DNA from: Eledone cirrhosa
Taxonomy: Eukaryota
NCBI GenBank assembly: GCA_964016885.1
Contig: OZ024757.1
Span: 9,858,001-9,922,000 of the forward strand
Direction: 5' to 3'
Length of the DNA: 64,000 bases
The stretch's first letter is position 1. Each line of letters starts with the position of its first letter. Shown here one piece after another: positions 56,501-64,000 of the stretch. The position numbers and the translations under genes are program-made. The notes under the pieces were generated by a model. It ran no database searches and was not told the DNA's origin. It was given only the letters and a program-made list of their open reading frames with translations.

Positions 56501-59500
56501 GTTAAGTTGGGGTTAAGTTGGGGTTAAGTTAAGTTGGGGTTAAGTTAATTTGGGGTTAAGTTAAGTTGGGGTTAAGTTAAGTTGGGGTTAAGTTAAGTTG
56601 GGGGTAAGTTAAGTTAGGGGTAAGTTAAGTTGGGGTTAAGTTAAGTTGGGGTTAAGTTAAGTTGGGGATAAGTTAAGTTGGGGTTAATTTAAGTTGGGGT
56701 TAAGTTAAGTTGGGGTTAAGGTAAGTTGGGGCTAAGTTAAGTTGGGGTTAAATTAAGTTGGGGTTAAGTTAAGTTGGGGTTAAGTTAAGTTGGGGTTAAG
56801 TTAAGTTGGGATTAAGTCAAGTTGGGGTTAATTCAAGTTGGGGTTAAGTCAAGTTGGGGTTAAGTCAAGTTTGGGTTAAGTTAAGTTGGGGTTAAGTTAA
56901 GTTGGGGTTAAGTTAAGTTGGGGTAAGTTAAGTTGGAATTAAGTCAAGTTGGGGTTAAATCAAGTTGGGGTTAAGTCAAGTTGGGTTTAAGTTAAGTTGG
57001 GGTTCAGTTAAGTTGGGGCTAAGTTAAGTTGGGGTTAAGTTGGGGTTAAGTTAAGTTGGGGTTAAATCAAGTTGGGGTTAACTCAAGTTGGAGTTAAGTC
57101 AAGTTGGGGTTAAGTCAAGTTGGGATTAAGTCAAGTTGGGGTTAAGTCAAGTTGGGGTTAAGTTAAGTTGGGGTTAAGTTAAGTTGGGGTTAAGTTAAGT
57201 TGGGGTTAAATTAAGTTGGGGGTAAGTTAATTAAGTCGGGGGTAATTTAAGTTGGGGGTAAGTTAAGCTGGGGTTAAGTTAAGTTGGGGTTAAGTTAAGT
57301 TGGGGTTAAGTTAAGTAGGGGTTAAGTTAAGTTGGGGTTAAGTTGGGGTTAAGTTAAGTTGGGGTTAAGTTAATTTGGGGTTAAGTTAAGTTGGGGTTAA
57401 GTTAAGTTGGGGTTAAGTTAAGTTGGGGATAAGTTAAGTTGGGGTTAATTTAAGTTGGGGTTAAGTTATGTTGGGGTTAAGGTAAGTTGGGGTTAAGTTA
57501 AGTTGGGGTTAAGTTAAGTTGGGGTTACGTTAAGTTGGGGTTAAGTTAAGTTGGGGTTAAGTTAAGTTGGGATTAAGTCAAGTTGGGGGTTAAGTCAAGT
57601 TGGGGTTAAGTCAAGTTGGGGTTAAATCAAGTTTGGGTTAAGTTAAGTTGGGGTTAAGTTAAGTTGGGGTTAAGTTAATTTAGGGGTAATTTAAGTTGGG
57701 GTTAGGTTAAGTTGGGGTTAAGGTAAGTTGGGGTTAAGTTAAGTTGGGGTTAAGTTAAGTTGGGGGTAAGTTAAGTTAGGGGTAAGTCAAGTTGGGGTTA
57801 AATCAAGTTGGGTTTAAGTTAAGTTGGGGTTCAGTTAAGTTGGGGCTAAGTTAAGTTGGGGTTAAGTTGGGGTTAAGTTAAGTTGGGGTTAAGTTAAGTT
57901 GGGGTTAAGGTAAGTTGGGGTTAAGTTAAGTTGGGGTTAAGTTAAGTTGGGGGTAAGTTAAGTTAGGGGTAAGTCAAGTTGGGGTTAAATCAAGTTGGGT
58001 TTAAGTTAAGTTGGGGTTCAGTTAAGTTGGGGCTAAGTTAAGTTGGGGTTAAGTTGGGGTTAAGTAAAGTTGGGGTTAAGTTAAGTTGGGGTTAAGTTAA
58101 GTTGGGGGTAAGTTAAGTTAGGGGTAATTTAAGTTGGGGTTAAGTTAAGTTGGGGTTAAGTTAAGTTGGGGTTAAGGTAAGTTGGGGTTAAGTTAAGTTG
58201 GGGTTAAGTTAAGTTGGGGTTAAGTTAAGTTGGGTTTAAGTTAAGTTGGGATTAAATCAAGTTGGGGTTAAGTCAAGTTGGGGTTAAGTCAAGTTGGGGT
58301 TAATTCAAGTTGGGGTTAAGTCAAGTTGGGATTAAGTCAAGTTGGGGTTAAGTCAAGTTGGGGTTAAGTTAAGTTGGGGTTAAGTTAAGTTGGGGTTAAG
58401 TTAAGTTGGGTTTAAGTTAAGTTGGGGTTAAGTTAAGTTGGGTTTAAGTTAAGTTGGGATTAAATCAAGTTGGGGTTAAGTCAAGTTGGGGTTAAGTCAA
58501 GTTGGGGTTAATTCAAGTTGGGGTTAAGTCAAGTTGGGATTAAGTCAAGTTGGGGTTAAGTCAAGTTGGGGTTAAGTTAAGTTGGGGTTAAGTTAAGTTG
58601 GGGTTAAGTTAAGTTGGGGTTAAGTTAAGTTGGGATTAAGTCAAGTTGGGGTTAATTCAAGTTGGGGTTAAGTCAAGTTGGGGTTAAGTCAAGTTTGGGT
58701 TAAGTTAAGTTGGGGTTAAGTTAAGTTGGGGTTAAGTTAAGTTGGGGTAAGTTAAGTTGGAATTAAGTCAAGTTGGGGTTAAATCAAGTTGGGGTTAAGT
58801 CAAGTTGGGTTTAAGTTAAGTTGGGGTTCAGTTAAGTTGGGGCTAAGTTAAGTTGGGGTTAAGTTGGGGTTAAGTTAAGTTGGGGTTAAATCAAGTTGGG
58901 GTTAACTCAAGTTGGAGTTAAGTCAAGTTGGGGTTAAGTCAAGTTGGGATTAAGTCAAGTTGGGGTTAAGTCAAGTTGGGGTTAAGTTAAGTTGGGGTTA
59001 AGTTAAGTTGGGGTTAAGTTAAGTTGGGGTTAAATTAAGTTGGGGGTAAGTTAATTAAGTCGGGGGTAATTTAAGTTGGGGGTAAGTTAAGCTGGGGTTA
59101 AGTTAAGTTGGGGTTAAGTTAAGTTGGGGTTAAGTTAAGTAGGGGTTAAGTTAAGTTGGGGTTAAGTTGGGGTTAAGTTAAGTTGGGGTTAAGTTAATTT
59201 GGGGTTAAGTTAAGTTGGGGTTAAGTTAAGTTGGGGTTAAGTTAAGTTGGGGATAAGTTAAGTTGGGGTTAATTTAAGTTGGGGTTAAGTTATGTTGGGG
59301 TTAAGGTAAGTTGGGGTTAAGTTAAGTTGGGGTTAAGTTAAGTTGGGGTTACGTTAAGTTGGGGTTAAGTTAAGTTGGGGTTAAGTTAAGTTGGGATTAA
59401 GTCAAGTTGGGGGTTAAGTCAAGTTGGGGTTAAGTCAAGTTGGGGTTAAATCAAGTTTGGGTTAAGTTAAGTTGGGGTTAAGTTAAGTTGGGGTTAAGTT

Positions 59501-62500
59501 AATTTAGGGGTAATTTAAGTTGGGGTTAGGTTAAGTTGGGGTTAAGGTAAGTTGGGGTTAAGTTAAGTTGGGGGTAAGTTAAGTTAGGGGTAAGTCAAGT
59601 TGGGGTTAAATCAAGTTGGGTTTAAGTTAAGTTGGGGTTCAGTTAAGTTGGGGCTAAGTTAAGTTGGGGTTAAGTTGGGGTTAAGTTAAGTTGGGGTTAA
59701 GTTAAGTTGGGGTTAAGGTAAGTTGGGGTTAAGTTAAGTTGGGGTTAAGTTAAGTTGGGGGTAAGTTAAGTTAGGGGTAAGTCAAGTTGGGGTTAAATCA
59801 AGTTGGGTTTAAGTTAAGTTGGGGTTCAGTTAAGTTGGGGCTAAGTTAAGTTGGGGTTAAGTTGGGGTTAAGTAAAGTTGGGGTTAAGTTAAGTTGGGGT
59901 TAAGTTAAGTTGGGGGTAAGTTAAGTTAGGGGTAATTTAAGTTGGGGTTAAGTTAAGTTGGGGTTAAGTTAAGTTGGGGTTAAGGTAAGTTGGGGTTAAG
60001 TTAAGTTGGGGTTAAGTTAAGTTGGGGTTAAGTTAAGTTGGGTTTAAGTTAAGTTGGGATTAAATCAAGTTGGGGTTAAGTCAAGTTGGGGTTAAGTCAA
60101 GTTGGGGTTAATTCAAGTTGGGGTTAAGTCAAGTTGGGATTAAGTCAAGTTGGGGTTAAGTCAAGTTGGGGTTAAGTTAAGTTGGGGTTAAGTTAAGTTG
60201 GGGTTGAATTAAGTTGGGATTGAGTTAAGTTGGAGTTAAGTTAAGTTGGGGTTAAATTAAGTTGGGGGTAAGTTAAGTTGTGGTTAAGTTAAGTTGGGGT
60301 TAAGTTGGGGTTAAGTTAAGTTGGGGTTGAGTTAAGTTGGGGTTGAATTAAGTTGGGATTGAGTTAAGTTGGAGTTAAGTTAAGTTGGGGTTAAGTTAAG
60401 TTGGGGTTAAGTTAAGTTGGCGTTAAATTAAGTTGGGGTTAAGTTAAGTTGGGGTTACGTTAAGTTGGGGTTAAGTTAAGTTGGGGTTAAGTCAAGTTGG
60501 GGTTAAATCAAGTTGGGGTTAACTTAAGTTTGGATTAACTTAAGTTGGGTTAACTTAAGTTGGGATTAAGTTGGGGTTAACTTAAGTTGGGGTTAAGTTA
60601 AGTTGGGGTTGAGTTAAGTTGGGGTTGAGTTAAGTTGGGGTTGAGTTAAGTTGGGGTTAAGTTAAGTTGGGGTTAAGTTAAGTTGGGGTTAAGTTAAGTT
60701 GGGATTAGATTAAGTAGGAGTTAAGTTAAGTTGGGGTTAAGTTAAGTTGTGGTTAAGTTAAGTTGGGGTTAAGTTAAGTTGGGGTTAAGTTAAGTTGGGG
60801 TTAACTTAAGTTGGAGTTAAGTTAAGTTGGGGTTAAGTTAAGTTGAGGCTAAGTTAAGTTGGGGCTGAGTTAACTTGGGGTTAAGTTAAGTTGGGGTTAA
60901 GTTAAGTTGGGGTTAAGGTAAGTTGGGGTTAAGTTAAGTTGGGGTTAAGTTAAGTTGGGGTTAACTTAAGTTGGGGTTAAGTTGGGGTTAACTTAAGTTG
61001 GGGTTAATTTAAGTTGGGGTTGAGTTAAGTTGGGGTTGATTTCAGTTTGGGTTGAGTTAAGTTGGGGTCGAGTTAAGTTGGGGTTGTGTTAAGTTGGGGT
61101 TAAGTTAAGTTGGGGTTAAGTTAAGTTGGGGTTGAGTTAAGTTGGGATCGAGGTAAGTTGGGGTTGAGTTAAGTTGGGGTTAAGTTAAGTTGGGGTTAAG
61201 TTAAGTTGGGGTTAACTTAAGTTGGGGTTAAGTTAAGTTGGGGTTAAGTTAAGTTGGGGTTAAGTTAAGTTGGGGTTAAGTTAAGTTGGGGTTAAGTTAA
61301 GTTGGGGTTAAGTTAAGTTGGGGTTGAGTTAAGTTAGGGTCGAGTTAAGTTGGGGTTGAGTTAATTTGGGGTTGAATTAAGTTGGGGTTAGGTTAAGTTG
61401 GGGTTAAGTTAAATTTGGTTTAAGTTAAGTTGGGGTTAAGTTAAGTTGGGGTTAAGTTAAGTTGGGATTAGATTAAGTTAGGGTTAAGTTAAGTTGGGGT
61501 TGAGTTAAGTTGGGGTTAAGTTAAGTTGGCGTTAAGTTAAGTTGGGGTTAAGTTAAGTTGGGGTTAAGTTAAGTTGGGGTTAAGTTAAGTTGGGGTTAAG
61601 TTAAGTTGGGGTTAAGTTAAGTTGGAGTTAAGTTAAGTTGGGGTTAAGTCAAGTTGGGGTTGAGTTAATTTGGGGTTAAGTTAAGTTGGGGTTAAGTTAA
61701 GTTGGAGTTAAGTTAAGTTGGGGTTAAGTCAAGTTGGGGTTGAGTTAATTTGGGGTTGAATTAAGTTGGGGTTAGGTTAAGTTGGGGTTAAGTTAAGTTT
61801 GGTTTAAGTTAAGTTGGGGTTAAGTTAAGTTGGGGTTAAGTTAATTTGGGGTTAAGTTAAGTTGGGGTTGAGTTAAGTTGGGGTTGATTTAAGTTGGGGT
61901 TGAATTAAGTTGGGGTCGAGTTAAGTTGGGGTTGAGTTAAGTTGGGGTTAAGTTGGGGTTAAGTTAAGTTGGGGTTGAGTTAAGTTGGGGTTGAATTAAG
62001 TTGGGATTGAGTTAAGTTAGAGTTAAGTTAAGTTGGGGTTAAGTTAAGTTGGAGTTAAGTTAAGTTGGCGTTGAATTAAGTTGGGGTTAAGTTAAGTTGG
62101 GGTTACGTTAAGTTGGGGATAAGTTAAGTTGGGGTTAAGTCAAGTTGGGGTTAAATCAAGTTGGGGTTAACTTAAGTTTGGATTAACTTAAGTTGGGTTA
62201 ACTTAAGTTGGGATTAAGTTGGGGTTAACTTAAGTTGGGGTTAAGTTAAGTTGGCGTTGAGTTAAGTTGGGGTTGAGTTAAGTTGGGGTTGAGTTAAGTT
62301 GGGGTTGAGTTAAGTTGGGGTCGAGTTAAGTTGGGGTTGATTTAAGTTGGGGTTAAGTTAAGTTGGGGTTAAGTTAAGTTGGGATTAGATTAAGTAGGAG
62401 TTAAGTTAAGTTGGGGTTAAGTTAAGTTGTGGTTAAGTTAAGTTGGGGTTAAGTTAAGTTGTGGTTAAGTTAAGTTGGGGTTAAGTTAAATTTGGTTTAA

Positions 62501-64000
62501 GTTAAGTTGGGGTTAAGTTAAGTTGGGATTAGATTAAGTTGGGGTTAAGTTAAGTTGGGGTTGAGTTAAGTTGGGGTTAAGTTAAGTTGGCGTTAAGTTA
62601 AGTTGGGGTTAAGTTAAGTTGGGGTTAAGTTAAGTTGGAGTTAAGTTAAATTGGGGTTAAGTCAAGTTGGGGTTGAGTTAATTTTGGGTTAAGTTAAGTT
62701 GGGGTTAAGGTAAGTTGGAGTTAAGTTAAGTTGGGGTTAAGTCAAGTTGGGGTTGAGTTAATTTGGGGTTGAATTAAGTTGGGGTTAGGTTAAGTTGGGG
62801 TTAAGTTAAGTTGGGGTTAAGTTAAGTTGGGGGTAAGTTGGGGTTAAGTTAAGTTGGGGTTAAGTTAATTTGGGGTTAAGTTAAGTTGGGGTTAAGTTAA
62901 GTTGGGGTTAAGTTAAGTTGGGGGTAAGTTGGGGTTAAGTTAAGTTGGGGTTAAGTTAATTTGGGGTTAAGTTAAGTTGGGGTTAAGTTAAGTTGGGGTT
63001 AAGTTAAGTTGGGGGTAAGTTAAGTTAGGGGTAAGTTAAGTTGGGGTTAAGTTAAGTTGGGGTTAAGTTAAGTTGGGGATAAGTTAAGTTGGGGTTAATT
63101 TAAGTTGGGGTTAAGTTAAGTTGGGGTTAAGGTAAGTTGGGGTTAAGTTAAGTTGGGGTTAAGTTAAGTTGGGGTTACGTTAAGTTGGGGTTAAGTTAAG
63201 TTGGGGTTAAGTTAAGTTGGGATTAAGTCAAGTTGGGGTTAAGTCAAGTTGGGGTTAAGTCAAGTTGGGGTTAAGTCAAGTTTGGGTTAAGTTAAGTTGG
63301 GGTTAAGTTAAGTTGGGGTTAAGTTAAGTTGGAATTAAGTCAAGTTGGGTTTAAATCAAGTTGGGGTTAAGTCAAGTTGGGTTTAAGTTAAGTTGGGGTT
63401 CAGTTAAGTTGGGGCTAAGTTAAGTTGGGGTTAAGTTGGGGTTAAGTTAAGTTGGGGTTAAATCAAGTTGGGGTTAACTCAAGTTGGGGTTAAGTCAAGT
63501 TGGGGTTAAGTCAAATTGGGATTAAGTCAAGTTGGGGTTAAGTCAAGTTGGGGTTAAGTTAAGTTGGGGTTAAGTTAAGTTGGGGTTAAGTTAAGTTGGG
63601 GTTAAATTAAGTTGGGGGTAAGTTAATTAAGTCGGGGGTAATTTAAGTTGGGGGTAAGTTAAGCTGGGGTTAAGTTAAGTTGGGGTTAAGTTAAGTTGGG
63701 GTTAAGTTAAGTAGGGGTTAAGTTAAGTTGGGGTTAAGTTGGGGTTAATTTAAGTTGGGGTTAAGTTAAGTTGGGGTTAAGTTAAGTTGGGGATAAGTTA
63801 AGTTGGGGTTAATTTAAGTTGGGGTTAAGTTATGTTGGGGTTAAGGTAAGTTGGGGTTAAGTTAAGTTGGGGTTAAGTTAAGTTGGGGTTACGTTAAGTT
63901 GGGGATAAGTTAAGTTGGGGTTAAGTTAAGTTGGGATTAAGTCAAGTTGGGGTTAAGTCAAGTTGGGGTTAAGTCAAGTTGGGGTTAAGTCAAGTTTGGG
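38551..64000 (+). repeat. Telomere-like tandem array (TTAAGTTAAGTTGGGG)n, 16-bp unit, >25 kb, open at the right edge
   Basis: Continuous array with all G-runs on the + strand. Variants include TTAAGTCAAGTTGGGG, the 11-mer TTAAGTTGGGG, TTGAG, TTAAC and TTAGGGG. It contains no ORFs or insertions. Confidence 0.97.

Noticed and set aside
38551-64000. CRISPR array or coding repeat
   Set aside because: There are no unique spacers, no cas genes and no ORFs, and the context is eukaryotic.

Overview
Eukaryotic (animal) repeat DNA with no host genes, in two parts. Bases 1-38551 are an unbroken array of retroelements separated only by short (TTA)n runs. Five Tx1/L1-clade elements (APE-RT, two ORFs, about 6 kb, all 5'-complete) lie on the + strand. 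Five R4/Dong-like elements (RT-CCHC-RLE, two families) lie on the - strand. A tRNA-headed SINE on the + strand has a 3' end matching the Tx1 3' end. All of them use the same (TTA/TAA)n microsatellite as target and tail, with polarity fixed by clade. Bases 38551-64000 are a >25 kb G-strand-biased tandem array of the 16-mer TTAAGTTAAGTTGGGG with nested higher-order periods (1642, 3257, 4899, about 2756 and 1824 bp). The array is fused directly onto a cut R4 copy with no (TTA)n at the junction, which suggests a subtelomere/telomere-like end or a satellite boundary. The SINE resembles abundant octopod SINEs, but this is from memory and unverified. All coordinates were counted by eye, so expect errors of a few bases.
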